Origin: Octopus vulgaris
Taxonomy: Eukaryota
Assembly: GCA_951406725.2 (NCBI GenBank)
Contig: OX597814.1
Location: 206,894,001-206,958,000 of the forward strand
Reading direction: 5' to 3'
DNA length: 64,000 nucleotides
The notes beneath the pieces were generated by a model. That model saw only the letters and a program-made list of their open reading frames with translations, made no database searches and was not told the DNA's origin. A program made the position numbers and the translations under genes. Shown one piece after another: positions 51,152 through 64,000 of the stretch (positions are counted from its first letter, which is position 1; every line of letters starts with the position of its first letter).

Positions 51152-52227
51152 CCCTTTCGTTACCAAACCACCCGATACCGCCCGAAAAAAATTTTGGTTA
51201 ATGTGACCAAACCGCCCAAAGCTACCTCTTCATATTTAAATGAGAATATCAGAGCAAATCTCTTTAGTACATTCGTGAAAATACATATTATACTTCGTAA
51301 AAAGTTCAACTACAGTTTTGTACAAAATTCGAAGTGTAATTTTAATTCCGTGAATTTTGGGAGATTTTTTTCCGAAATTTGTTCCTATTCTGTTTTCAAA
51401 ATTTGTAATTCTGACAAAAAATGGATACGAATTTCATTATATCAAGCAGCGAGTCAGAATTCGAAGGATTTTCTACTGAAGACCTTCATAAATCTAACTC
51501 TATGACTGAAAAAAGAAAAGCATGTGGTATTTGATAATGAATCTGATGTTTCATTTTCCGAAAGTGAAAACAGTGAATCCAAGAGCTCCGACAGCGATAA
51601 AGAAAATGAATTGGCAATGGAGTGAAAATTTAAAAACTGTTTCTTTTGGTGATTTTTCTGAAGAAACTGGACCAAGCCACAGACTTTTCCAGAAGAGTAA
51701 AACCTTAGACTATTTCTTTTTACTTTTTCGAATGAGCCTATTTGAAATCATTACGGCGGAAACGAACCGTTACGCTAAATGTAAACAAAACGAAAGAAAC
51801 GATAGTTAGTTAGTGGTTTCCCATAACCTTAAATGAAATTAAGACTATTTTGCCATAAATATTATTATGGGTATCAGAAAGTTACCCAGAATAACAAATT
51901 CTATCGTAAAATTTTGTTGTATACCCAATTGAATATTAGCTAATAACCCATTTTCTATAGCGATGTTTGAACAAAATTTTAATAATTTTATATTTTGTTG
52001 AATTTACCTGTATCTACCTGCAATTAGAGTCACTTTGTGACAAAAATTATAGTATAGAATTGGTTGAGAACATTTCATTAAATTATCTTCCAAAATTCAC
52101 GTTGATATATTGATAAATAAAAAAGTTATAGTTGTTTAATGAAACCAGACTAAATTTATGATTATGTTAGAAATTAATTGAAACACATAAGGGGTGTATT
52201 TTGGTCAGAAATATAGTAACGAAAGGG
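51152..52227 (+). mobile_element. piggyBac internal-deletion derivative, copy 2
   Basis: Same TIRs and TTAA TSD as copy 1. Nearly identical to 40120-41183. Confidence 0.92.
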
Positions 52228-52295
52228 TTAAACATCAAGGCAACATCCCTGCTGATTAATATAGAATGCAATAATTATGATGATGATGATGATGA

Positions 52296-52890
52296 TTTCT
52301 TTTATTTGCCACAGGGGCGTGAGTGAGGGGCATTATTCGTACATTTTACAATCTGTGGGGGGGGGTCACATAAAGGATGAAGGGAAAGAAAGCACTAGTC
52401 AATGAACCCCACAGATCCAGGATCACCCTGACCATGAAGGGCACGAGTCCTCACCCCGGTGTTGTTCTCCACTCACCAGGTGCATGCCTAAAGGAGCTTC
52501 ATTCACCCTAATCATTCTTACCAGTCAGCCACCTTCCCTCTCCACCCTCACTTTCTTTTCCAAATGGAACTTTAAAAAAAAAAAAGGGATGTGGGTTTAA
52601 CTGAAGTGGAAGGTGTCTTTCCTTAATTTTTTTTGGCCTCGTCCACCACACAACCCCTTTCTCTCGGGAGAGAAACATCATCTGCCCTGCTTTGTTAAAG
52701 GTCAGTGATGGGGTAATCCTCAAAACAGACTCAACTCATAGCCAGATCCTTCCTACATGTGCCAACAGCTGTTCAACATGACTCTGCAGATCAGAAATGC
52801 TTGGACACTGTACGAGGGCATCTCAGCCAGTCCCAACCATAGAGTTTATGCCAGCGCTGCTCCTCGGTAGCCAGACCAAGAATTTCTGGA
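52296..52890 (-). mobile_element. L1/Tx1-like ORF2 3' end relic
   Basis: Minus strand ALVQCPSISDL..HVEQLL...KGVVWWTR, followed by a poly(A)-signal-like GCAAATAAAAGAAA tail. Confidence 0.55.
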
Positions 52891-53479
52891 AACTATTATT
52901 GTTCTTGTTGTTGTTGTTGTTTATCGTCAAGGCTAAACATATTCCAGAACGTTCTGTGGATTATTGACTTGCTTTTCATTGTAATAAGTCGCTTTTTCAT
53001 TCCCTTCTTTCTGTTGTATAGTGTTTGGAGCAGACCATAAGAATCTGAGCGAAAGTCAGTGTTCTCTGCAATAAGTGGCAAAATTTCAAGAAGAAAGTAA
53101 TTCTTTTCGAAATATTTATTCATACATTTAATATGGCAGAGTGTTTGTCGCTAAACCGAGACGTGGTTTTGGGTGGGGAAATTTCCTTTCAATGTCAACC
53201 TCATGACTCTGGCTGATCTATCAAACATGGAAAAAGCAGCAGAATCAAGAGCAACATCATCATCATCATCATCTCAACCAAGACCAACAAAAAGATAAAA
53301 GGAAAATAACCTGTAAACAGCACCTGTACCTCCACCACCACCATCACAAACACCAACCACAATAAAACAACAAAAACGAACACGAAAAACAAAAAACAAA
53401 CTCTTTATCCATAATACATGCAAATTCAACCAGTGCCACAAGAAAATGAAAGCTGCCAATGGATGATTTTTAAAAAATG

Positions 53480-54030
53480 CAAGAAGCAGGTTAAAAAGAA
53501 ATGGAAGAAACTCTTAACACCCCCGAAGACATCGAAGGCATAACAACAGGGGTAAAATGTCGGAAACTAGAACAGGGGATACAACAACAAAAAGTGTCTA
53601 CGACCAGCATGGAAGATGCATTGCAAAGGGGAAGTGACATGACACTGTAGAGGTGGGATTTGCCACAGAGGAGAAGGTAAGGAAGCACTAAAAAGAATGA
53701 AGAACTAGTTCTCATACCTGGGCCATTGAGTAGCAAAAATTAAAAGTGGAGACACACCACCAGACCTGGACATCTGATGGCTGTTGACAACTGTCCTCCA
53801 GGACATCAAGAACAAAATGCATACCTTTCAGGTGCAGAAACTGCAAAAGCAACACTGGTTGGAGCAATGCCAGGAGTTGTAGGTGCAGATGGATCAAGAA
53901 AGTCTATAAGTAATGCCCGACATTATAAATTTGTCAGATGGCATGTGGGTGTTGGGGGCAGAAAGCTGAGGTGTCACCAGTGTGTGGATACAAATTACCT
54001 GAAGGCCCACAACAAAATAGAGACGAGAGA
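53480..54030 (+). mobile_element. LINE ORF1-like relic with decayed CCHC knuckle
   Basis: VGVGGRKLRCHQCVDTNYLKAH resembles VAIEGRKPRCQLCKDTNHPKAF of the 338-853 ORF. Confidence 0.55.
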
Positions 54031-54663
54031 TCACCACTTTTGCTGATACCAACACCATCACCAGCAGAAGCAAGTGACCACTACAGTTGCAAACACAACG
54101 GTAACAGCAGCATCTACAGCATCCAACAGTGGAAGCAAACAGAACAGAAAATACACCCACGTAAATGGCTTCCACATCCTAGACAGCAGCAAAAACAACC
54201 AGAATCCCCTAAAACGATAACTTTATCAACAGAACAAACAGCTAAAAACTCCCCAAGACATTTTTGGACTACTCAAACATGTCATGTGGTGAAAGGGACA
54301 GAAAAAGAGCTGAAATGGCACAAAGTTAGCTGGTCTAACAAAAGAGAAAAAGGACAAAACCACACCGGCCCCCAACACAAAATGGTAAGAGGTATGATCA
54401 AAAAGGGAGACGTCTTTCAGAACCATTTCACAAACTTCACCTGCAACAACAACTACACTAGCACTGCCAACAACATTGTCACCCTATCATTACCTTGACC
54501 ACCACCACCACCACTGACACACACACACCACCGTTACATGTAGAACCCAATTCAAATACATAACACTTAGGTCACACATCCCAACACCAGCACAATTCCA
54601 ACATCATTAACTACAAAGCAATAAAGACAAACACTCAAGAACTCATGGAACACATATACAACC

Positions 54664-55110
54664 AGGAGTAAACCATTTCTGGGTGGATGATTGAAAGTGA
54701 ATGACTTCTATGGTTTACGTAGGCAATTGAAAAACCTTTCCTTTCGGGAAAGGAAGAAATTTATTAAGAATATAAGATAAATATTAACCACTAACTTTAA
54801 CTCCAAGAACTCTAACACTGGACTTTCTGAATGTCATATCTTGAAAAACAGTCGTGAGAGAGTTAAGCCCTGTTCATTGTGCAACAACGTGAGTCAAGTG
54901 AATTCCATCAGGAATCATATCAGAAATGTTATGATTTATACAGAAGGTGGGACATGTAGAGATTCAAATTTGGTGTTCATGGCAGAATGCATGAAACACA
55001 ACTTGATTTATGTTGGCTGCACAACAGAACAATTAAACAAAAGACTTAATGGGCACAGATATGATGTCAGGCATGATAACACTAGTTCAACAGAACTTGC
55101 CACATAATAG
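54664..55110 (+). mobile_element. Penelope-like GIY-YIG endonuclease fragment
   Basis: CSLC...GGTCRDSNLVFMAECMKHNLIYVGCTTEQLNKRLNGHRYD. Confidence 0.8.
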
Positions 55111-56151
55111 CAATTTTATCAAAATTGACAATGTATTATAACCCCTAAATTTCTTTTAAAGAGTTAGAGAGTCGTTTCCACATTTCTGCACTCAATTTGT
55201 TTGTTAGCTTCCATTTAAAAAAAAAAAAATATTTTTCTGACTAAATAGAAAGTCCTTTGTTATCTGGGAATGAAAACTTTAAAGAAATTCATTCTTTTGT
55301 TTTTTAAAATGTTTGACTATTTTTGACTCTTACTTTTGAATTACTTATATTCTACATGAATATAATTTTAACACAATTTCAGTGATTTAAAATTTTTGGA
55401 TAATGAGTTTTGAGAAGAAAATAAAAATAATAAAAATAGATAATATAAAACTAAAAATAAGAGAGAAATGTTTTTAATCAGAAATATTGACTTGAATTGA
55501 TAAAAAAATCGCAATAAAAAACAAAAAATTATTTAAAAACTCAAACAACTGCACGCCCACACACACTATTTCATGAACAATTTCGGAAAATTATTTAGCA
55601 AATTTTAACTTCAGCAAAAATATTTTTTGTGTCTATTTTTCTTCTTGTCCTTTATTTCTACAGATTCAATACATAAGAATATTCTAGCATTCTGCACCTG
55701 CACTTTTCATTCTAGTACACAAACACACACACATATATGTATATAAGAAAAATGTGTGTGCGTGTTTATATAGTTTTCTTGGCATTCCCCGGTGGTGGTC
55801 AATGACAGACACAGAGAAACAAACAGTGTCCTTTGTTTCCAATCTTCTACAGAAACATGTTTGGTATTAGAGGAATATTATCTTGCTTGGAAACAGGTGA
55901 AGGTTGGTGACAGGAGAGGCACCCAGCTGTAGAAAATTCTGCTTCAATGGATTCCAACTTAGCTATGCAAGCAAAGGAAAAGGGGATGCAAAAATGATGA
56001 TGATGATGATGATGATGAAAAAGCTGCTGATGATGATGATGATGGGTAAAGGTTTTATTGTTTTATTTCTGTAAATTTTCACAAGTAGTATTTTTGAAAA
56101 TTTAAGTCAAAAAGAAAAAATTTTACAAAACTATGCTTAAAAAATAAATAC

Positions 56152-56164
56152 CTTTCTCCGCCAT
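56152..56164 (-). CDS. PARP14: PARP14-like gene, probable first coding exon (MAEK+G); whole exon 56152-56186
   Basis: Minus strand: ttttcattttgcAG|agcaaaaatacctgttgaaatcATGGCGGAGAAAG|GTattt. Good Kozak context (A at -3, G at +4). The phase-1 donor matches the next exon. Confidence 0.6.
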
Positions 56165-56544
56165 GATTTCAACAGGTATTTTTGCTCTGCAAAATGAAAA
56201 GAAAATAATTAGGAAAAAACATCGTTAAGGCATTGAATACATCACTTGTACTCAAAGTTGTTTTTCACTCCCTCTCTCTCATATTATTTCTCTTTCTCAC
56301 AGTTAAGGGAGAGATGAAAATCCTTCCCCTAGTTATTTGAAACGACATCCTAACACCTCCAATATCCACCTGCATCCAATTCTTCAAGTGGTTCACGCAC
56401 ATCCATGCAAGTGAAGAATACTGCTTACAACATGCCTCCAACCATAATGTCTACAGAATGACTTGTGGATTCGGATTACTCGGTCAAATGTAATGCTTGT
56501 CTATTCACATTGTTTTGAATCGATGCCATTATCACATGGCTTAA

Positions 56545-56764
56545 CCCTTTTGTTACCGTATTTATTCTGAGATGCTCTGTGTTTCTTTCAATTATTTTAA
56601 GTATAACAAAGAATTTAGTAAAATAACTTAGTTATCATTAAGTTAGTGTTAGGAACATAAACTGTGACTAAGGTTTGGTGGAAAATTTTAATTCAAAACT
56701 TATGAAAACAAGACATTTGTACTACAGAGCCAGAGAGGTTTCAGCCAGGTTGGTAATGAAAGGG
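56545..56764. mobile_element. piggyBac-type MITE nested in an older TTAA MITE (~56470-56907)
   Basis: TTAA|CCCTTTTGTTACC...GGTAATGAAAGGG|TTTTAA. The outer element ends GCTAAAAGGTTAA. Confidence 0.7.
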
Positions 56765-58929
56765 TTTTAAACATTGTGATAATGTGATTATTTTTTTAGC
56801 ATGACATTGTAGGGCAGGTGTTCTAGGGGCTGGATCTTGCCAGTTTAAATATAAAACATGTTATATGTTTGGGCCAGATATGGCCAGTTTAAACGCTAAA
56901 AGGTTAATTGTCAACATTGTGCAAGGTAATAAGGTTTACATGTGTTTGGGAGAAAGTACAAAAGATATTTTCACATTTAACAAAGTCAGCTGAATAACTT
57001 GTTAGCCAAACGTGTGATAGAAAATGAAAGCACAAATGCCTGTGTTTATAAAATCAAAATGTTTACCAGTTGACAATGGTTGACAGCAAGCAAAAACACT
57101 GTCCAGTTTTTAAGCTGGTAAGAAGTATTGTCATGGAAGGTGCAAACAAGGGGCTCTGTATGATTTTGCTCAAAATGCAAGTGAGTCTGCAGTGTGTCTA
57201 CCATCAGCAAGTGAAGTCTGCATATGTGTGCAGTAGGTTCAGAGAAAGATGTGCAGCAGTTGGACAGTCTTTTCCCAGTGTGTTTTCTGCCCACAACACC
57301 TTGGTCTTGAACCACATAATACGGCAATGGGGATTGGTCAATTGTTTCGTTGGGGTTGTGGTACTCCTGTCACAATGCCAGTCACCGTGACTCCTGCTAA
57401 AATGTGGAAAGCAAAGAAACCAAATCTGTTGCTGTTTTTTTTCATTTCGTTTTTTAACAGATTAATGTGCAACTTTTGGATTACAACTGGCCAATCAACA
57501 AGGCTCAGCAAATTCTCAACAAGCCATTCTTTGATGCCTTACCAATGCTTTACATAAAGAATCTTCAAAGTTGAATTTAATTAGGAGTAAGTTGACTGTG
57601 CTTGAGGTTGTTTTACCAATCTTGGTTCATATAACATGAATAGACATTCTCTCTTACTGCTTTGATCGACCAACTTACAACACACATACACACACACAGT
57701 GTCTCTCCCCCCTCTCTCTCGTAATGAAACTCTAAAAGGCAACATATTATTAAAGACAAACATTTACATTAAAATTAGATTTAGACAACTTATTTTCCTG
57801 TGCATACACTTGATAAACCTCATTCAGATGTTTTACATATTTTGTAAAAACAACTATCTTACAACTTACGGAAAAATAGGTGTTCTTTCTGTTGTACAAT
57901 GCCAAAAGTTCTGGTTTCAATTTCACCAATTGTATTTCATTTGGAAAATGAAAGGCTGCCACAAAATGAGTAAGACAAGGTACTATGTGCTGCTTCAGTT
58001 CTTCAGAAAACAGACTCATACACATCAATATTCATCCGAAAACATCAGAAACATTCAGACATGCCAAAAGAATAACATTTAAAAATCTAAATCAAATGAA
58101 AGAGGATCAGGGAAAAAATGGCACAGGATATGAAACTCGACTAAATATAAGAAAACCCAACATAAAATATTCTTCTTCACGATCTGCTGGAATGTTCTGT
58201 TCGTGATACATTTACCCACCATGCAGTTAAAGAGAAGAAATTACTGAAATTAGTCATTACTCGTTGTAACTTTTGGGAAACTTGAAGATTATCAAATTAG
58301 ACATTAGTATGAGGAAAAATCGACTTGGAATCCAGCAGAGAAACCAATATTGATTGTTTAGCATGAAAAATTATCCAGATATTTTATTAGCAACCTCAAT
58401 TACAATTGGGTCAAAGTTGCAGAGAAATTTCTTGACAAAAAAAAAGGGGACCTGCCCCTTGACTATGCTTTGTACTTCCACAACTTCAACAGCAATAACC
58501 AGTTTTTATCCCCAAGTATAATGTAGCAATACAAAATGGTGATGCAATGCTTACAAAGTAAGGGATTTCACACAGGGAGGAAGAAAATAACAAGAAATCA
58601 GAAGTTACTAATTTTGCCCCGTTTACTAATTTTCAAACCTACCCCCATTAATATGTGTGCACCCAACATGTATTTTTATGGCAGACCTGGTGCACAGTTA
58701 CCAACCCCAAAACCAACCTTTCCGATTATTTTTATTTGCACTGGATTCCTGTTTTCGATGATGGAGATTCCAAACATACAAACAACCACACTTTTTTAAT
58801 GTAAAGATAAACGCTACACCTGTTAAAACCATGAAATTTGGCAAAGGTAAAGAATGTGTACACCACCCATTTATGGTGTGTTTTATCAAAAACTCATTTG
58901 AATTTCTGCTTTCAATATAGGGGAATACG

Positions 58930-59555
58930 GTTCTGTCAAAAAATCCAGTTTTCAAAATTTTGATTTTCCCCCACCCCTGCCCCAATTTCTTAATGCCCGT
59001 TCCTCCCCTCACACACACCCATCATCTCCCTGTTTTCAAAAAACTAAAAACTCAGAATGTTTCACTTTCGTCTGATGTTTCACAAATGCATAGAATTCTA
59101 CTGAAATAGCAGATGTCAAAAATATCAGACCACCACTAGAAATCCCAACGTGCTAGAAACAACAGCTAAACGACATTATTTCAAGAAAAACTTCCCTGCT
59201 TTCAAAAAAGCTATCAGTAAAACATTCGGAGGTGATGGGTGCAGGTTGGGGGAAGGAATTTGAGTTTCTTTCAGAAAAATTGAAAATAAAAAATTTGTAA
59301 AGATACTTAATCTCTATTTTTCTATGTGGCTTTAAAAATTCAAATTTGGGGTGGGGAGAGTTAAGGTTATTAACATTTTGAAAATGTATTTTGGAGACAA
59401 AATCCTAATCTTCTATATGGAAGACAGGAACCCGAAGAAATTTTGGTAAAAAATAATGAGGGGAAGATAAAGTTTCTAACTACACTCATCACAAATACAA
59501 GTTGCAACATTAAAAAAAAGGTCATTTCAATTAAAGTTGAGCTGTAATTTTTTAA
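58930..59555 (-). repeat. Dispersed repeat, inverted homologue of Helitron-internal 25210-26060
   Basis: TGCTAGAAACAACAG, GTTTCACTTTCGTCTGATGTTTCA and TTGAGCTGTAATTT match the reverse complement of the Helitron interior. Confidence 0.65.
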
Positions 59556-60304
59556 GTCACACTGAAATTTTACAAAATTCCATTTATTTTTTTCCCAACC
59601 ATTATTTCCAAATTCATTAGCAGATAATTAAAGAAAAAATGGCAGTTATTTGCAGCTATTCCAAAAGACCACCTGCCCCTTTCTCAAGAGTCACATGTCT
59701 AAGTAAAAATGAGTGGCGCCCTTTCCATGACAAACATTAAGCAGATGATATTTAGCTGTCTGCAATATTATAAAAAAAAATTGATTTCAATTGGAGTCAA
59801 ACTGAATCTTTCTCCCTTTGAACATCAAATTTACACACCTATGTCAATTTTAATCCCTTCAAGACCTGAAAATTTGGGGGAGGGGGATGAGTCGTGTACA
59901 TTGGCCCCAAAACTCAACTGGTACTTATTTTATTGACCCAGAATGGATGAAAAGCAAAGTCGACCTCGGCGGAATTTCAACTCAGACTAATAAAATATGT
60001 ATATAGATATGTGTGTGTGTGTGTGTGTGAGTGTGTGTGTATACACACACACACACACACACACATATCTATATGTGTGATATCCAACCAGTTTTCGCTA
60101 TTTAAATTAGCTTTTCAAGGGACATTGTACAGTAATTAATACTTGTGACAAAGGGGTCTCGCCATTTTGGATGCTTGAAAAATTAGAGTGTGGACCAAGG
60201 GAAGTAACAAGGGGCAAGGGGGACAACTAATTCCTAAGTATAATTTTTGAAGTTGTCAAGTTTGTTTATTAAGGTGTGGTCTGTACTTTTGTATGTATTT
60301 CTTT

Positions 60305-60527
60305 ACTACCCACTAGGGGCTAAACACAGAGAGGACAAACAAGGACAGACAAACAGATTAAGTCAATTACATCGACCACAGTGCGTAACTGGTACTTAAT
60401 GTATCGACTCCGAAAGGATGAAAGGCAAAGTCAACCTCAGAGGAATTTGAACTCAGAACGTAACGGCAGACGAAATACCGCTAAGCATTTCACTCGGCGT
60501 GCTAACGTTTCTGCCAGCTCACCGCCT
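60305..60527 (-). mobile_element. tRNA-derived SINE (family A), full length
   Basis: Minus strand GGCGGTGAGCTGGCAGAAACGTTAGCACGCCGAG...CTGAGTTCAAATTCC...GCCTTTCATCCTTTCGGAGTCGAT..TAAGTACCAG. Confidence 0.85.
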
Positions 60528-60689
60528 TTTGTATGAACAGGTTTTCCTTGTTTAGGCGTTCTGGTAAGGAGATTGAATCTTTGAATTCGTATACTGGAAA
60601 GATTTGGAAATTCAGCATTTTATTTCTTGCACATCTATCAACATGTTCGCTAAGGGCTATCTGCCTGTATTGAGGAAACGAATCTGTTC

Positions 60690-62645
60690 TTTATGCAGCG
60701 TGACTCTGCATCTCAAAGTAAGGCTCATTTGGCTCACATAAATGTGGCCACAACCTGAGCAGGTTTGGACATCATCATCATTGTTCGACCGTGGTCGAGA
60801 CAATGGAATTTACCATGCTACGCCAGACTTCACGGTCCATCATGGCATTACGGAGGTCCTGTTGCTGGATGCCTGTATCCCTGGAGATTACATCAGGGTA
60901 GGAGAGTGTGTTTTTCCGCTGGCAAGTTCATTGATTGCAGTGGAGAGTTCTTCTTCCGTTGGTGGTATATCAAGTTCTGTCATTTCGGGGAGTTGAGGAA
61001 TGGCCTCATCAAGCTGTCTATCAACATCTTGCTCCTTTGTGTCTTCTTGTCAATCAGCTGGTTACCTGTTGCAGACTTGAGAGGTGCCACTTTACTCACT
61101 GTTGATGCGATAGCAACTCTAATCTTTTCATACATTTTCCTGACGTTACCCATGTCACTCACCTGTTGAATTTCTAAGCATAAGTTATCCCACGCTGGTT
61201 GGCACATTTTCTAGTTTCTTTTGGAAGGTTGGATTTTGCAGCACGTAGCTGTTGCTTTCTACTTTCTGTTGGCTTTCTCTTGTGCTTTATGAAGAACTTG
61301 CACTTTTTCTCAAGTAATGGCATTAGTATTGATGCATTGGCTTTGATCTAGTCCTCCTTGGAAAGTCAATCTGTTCCAAAGGCCCTTGACGCAGAATCAT
61401 ATATTGCTGATTTCATGTTGTTCCATATGTTGTCAGGGGATGAGCTATCTAAATTTTGGAGCTGTTCTTCAACATATTCTTGAAATTTGGTTCTCATTGC
61501 TGGATCTTGGGTGTTTTTTGTGTTGTTCTTAGGTTTTTTTGATTTTTCAGCTCTTGGTGGGTTTTTTTTTTGTGACCATCTTTACCACAGATGATCTGTG
61601 TTACAGTCCGCACTGTGGAAGGATCTTGTTTGCTTCACAGTGTTGACATCATTCTTTCTGATGATGATGAAGTTAATCTAGTGCCAATGACCTGATCTTG
61701 GATGGCACCAAGAAACTTTATGCCAGTCTTCGCCATTGTAGAAGGTGTTTGTAATGTACAGGTTGTTATTTGTGCAGAATTCTAAGAGTCTCTGGCCATT
61801 CTCATTGATTTTCCCCAGTCCAAACTGTCCAAGGCAGTTGGGCCATGCTTGGTGATCAGCACCTACTCTTGCATTGAAAGTGCCCATGAGAAAGAGTTGG
61901 TCTGCCTTTGGGACACTATTGATCACATCCTGAAGTTCCTCGTAAAACTGATCTCTCTTATTTTCTGCTGTTACAATCGGGGCATAGGCACTAATGAGAT
62001 GGTTCCTTCCAGTTTTAGTCCCCACTTCCATGATAGTGATGCGCTCAGATATACCTTGAGGAGTACTGATCTTGTTCAGCAATCTTCTGTGTACCGCAAA
62101 CCCCCACACCATGGATTCTCCTCTCATCTTCTCCAAGACCCTTCCAGAAGAATGTGTGATTTCTTTCCCTAATGGAACCAGAGTCAGCAAGTCTTGTCTC
62201 TTGCAGGGCAGTGATGTCTACATTCAGCCGGGTGAGCTCCCTGTCAATGATTGCCCTTTTCCTGGTGTCCTCTGTCTTGTCCAGGTCGGTAATGTCCCTT
62301 TCAGTTGTCATTGTTCTGACATTCCAGGTCCCCAGTTTCAGTGGGATCAATTTCAGTTTTCTTCCTCCTTTGCCAGGTGTTGGGCTTTACATCTGCTTTT
62401 CAGTTTTTATCCTAGCTCCATACACGCTTAGCAGCGGACATACGTGGTGGATCAGCACCTTACTGACTGGGGACTGTCCAGTTTAGGACAGGCGGTAGCT
62501 GATCAATGTGATTGAATAATCACTCCCATCATCGAAGATGACCTATGGCGACATCCCGCTTCACCAAATAAGGAAGCCTTATAACCCATAATCTGCCACT
62601 CCTGTGTTGTTTCCCATGCCTCTTACAGCAGGGATGAAGAGTCCT
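60690..62645 (-). mobile_element. RTE-1/BovB-like LINE 5' part (5' UTR and APE endonuclease), 3'-truncated
   Basis: LKLGTWNVRTM, ALQETRL, HGVG, ISAYAP, LMGTFNARVG, NENGQRLLEFC..NNLYITNTF, WCHPRSGHWH, GNVRKMY. Confidence 0.9.
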
Positions 62646-64000
62646 CTCTAAATGCTCTTTTTTTTTTTTTTTTTTTTGCAGCATCCTCCCAGAAATTCTA
62701 AGTCCTTGGCTAAATGCCTGGGTTCTGAATGCATGGAGAACATGCCTTACCCAACTTGCACAATCCCCCTCTCAACTTCATTGATTTACTCCAAAGGAGA
62801 GACAAGGTCAATACAGGGGCTGCCAGAAGATAGTTTGGATCATTCCTCCCTATCAACTGCCTTAGGGGCCCTCTCTCCGGAATTTCTGTTTGGGTTTACT
62901 CCCTTAGCCTTTTATACTTTTGTATGTGTCTAGAAGGCAGCAGAAACAGCCGCAGGTTGTACCATCTACTGTCATTTTGGTAGCAGCACTAGTCTGACCT
63001 GACACATACTCACACACACACACAAGGATATACATAAATAAATAAATAAAAATAAAGTGTAAAATGATATATATAGATAAGACATGCCATTAAGAAACAG
63101 AAGATAATATATATACATAAAAGTAAAATATATATAAGTAGAAATATAATCTAAAATTTAAAATATGACATATATACATATATTACAGACTTTTTTTTTC
63201 TCTTACAAACATTTTGTTGGATGGCCATTTGAATGTTCATGAGTTCCTCCGCCCTTTGACGGGTCTTATTTTTCGTCCTGCTAGTTGTCCAACCAACCCT
63301 CCTCACCAAGCAAGCTGGCTGGGGTTGCCAGTTTAGTCACCAACGACACGAACATGCAACAGGTTATACTGGGTTACATGTTACCAGTAGCACTCTAAAG
63401 TGACCTAACATATATATTTTTATATTTCTCCTAAATATACATATATATGTTAAGCAGACCCCTTCCTAGTTCGAGGTGCATTTCCTTAACTGCAACATAT
63501 TCATTGATTCATTCATTCTATTAAAGTCTTATCACACGGGCACTTATTCTCTAAATTTTGTCTTAGATTGTCTGAAGGAGAACTCTCAGATTTCTCGAGT
63601 CTATTTTACTATTATCAACTTTTGCTGTCTCGTTAAACTATGCTAACCCTAATCCTGCCCCCCCCCAATTCCTCCCACGTATTCTTGACCACTCCCCCCC
63701 TCTCTCTATTTTGCTCTGTCTGTCTCTCTATGTTTCACTCTGTTCTCCCTTTTCCGATTACCACTCGCTTCACCAAGACTTCCTCCACCGCCATCACCCT
63801 ATATAAAATAGCGCACACACAGGGACTCCCACTTGCTTTCAATCCCCTGCCGAAGAATAACGGATCGCTGATGTACAGATAAGAAAATTTCTTCTTGTCT
63901 TTTCAACCTCAGTTCATCTACTCTAGTATTTCTGTGCATATCATAGACCCCTTCCGCTATTCTTTTCATTATTCTGTCTATTTCAGTAACATGCCATCAT

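Noticed and set aside
57046-57390. Possible mariner relic (QDQGVV, FHDNTSY motifs on the minus strand)
   Set aside because: Only weak two-motif similarity with no TIRs recognised. Not enough to call without a profile search.
60420-60527. tRNA genes
   Set aside because: The A/B box-like heads continue into SINE bodies and do not form a full cloverleaf.

Overview
Eukaryotic, AT-rich animal DNA; the SINE, RTE-tail and MITE repertoire looks cephalopod (Octopus-like), which is recognition from memory and not a database result. One host gene is visible: a PARP14-like macro-PARP on the minus strand. I reconstructed 9 coding exons by hand (56164 down to 1582; all GT-AG, phases compatible, 923 codons with no stop). 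The order is 2 RRM-like domains, a KH-like region, Macro1 and Macro2, and the gene runs off the left edge, where Macro3/WWE/PARP would be expected. The introns (up to ~16 kb) are filled with transposon relics: RTE LINEs with a PHD-type finger, R4/Dong-like LINEs in (AAT)n, Penelope-like elements with hammerhead ribozyme motifs, CR1-like, L1/Tx1-like, Tc1/mariner, piggyBac derivatives, a Helitron, a Gypsy-like LTR relic, foldback MITEs and tRNA-SINEs. There are also two large tandem arrays: a 4.6 kb 18-bp minisatellite and a 5.7 kb 115-bp SINE-derived satellite. I found no prokaryote-type system and no CRISPR. The most notable items are the intronic hammerheads, the intact-versus-degenerate macrodomain pair, the SINE-derived satellite and a foldback element containing telomeric repeats.
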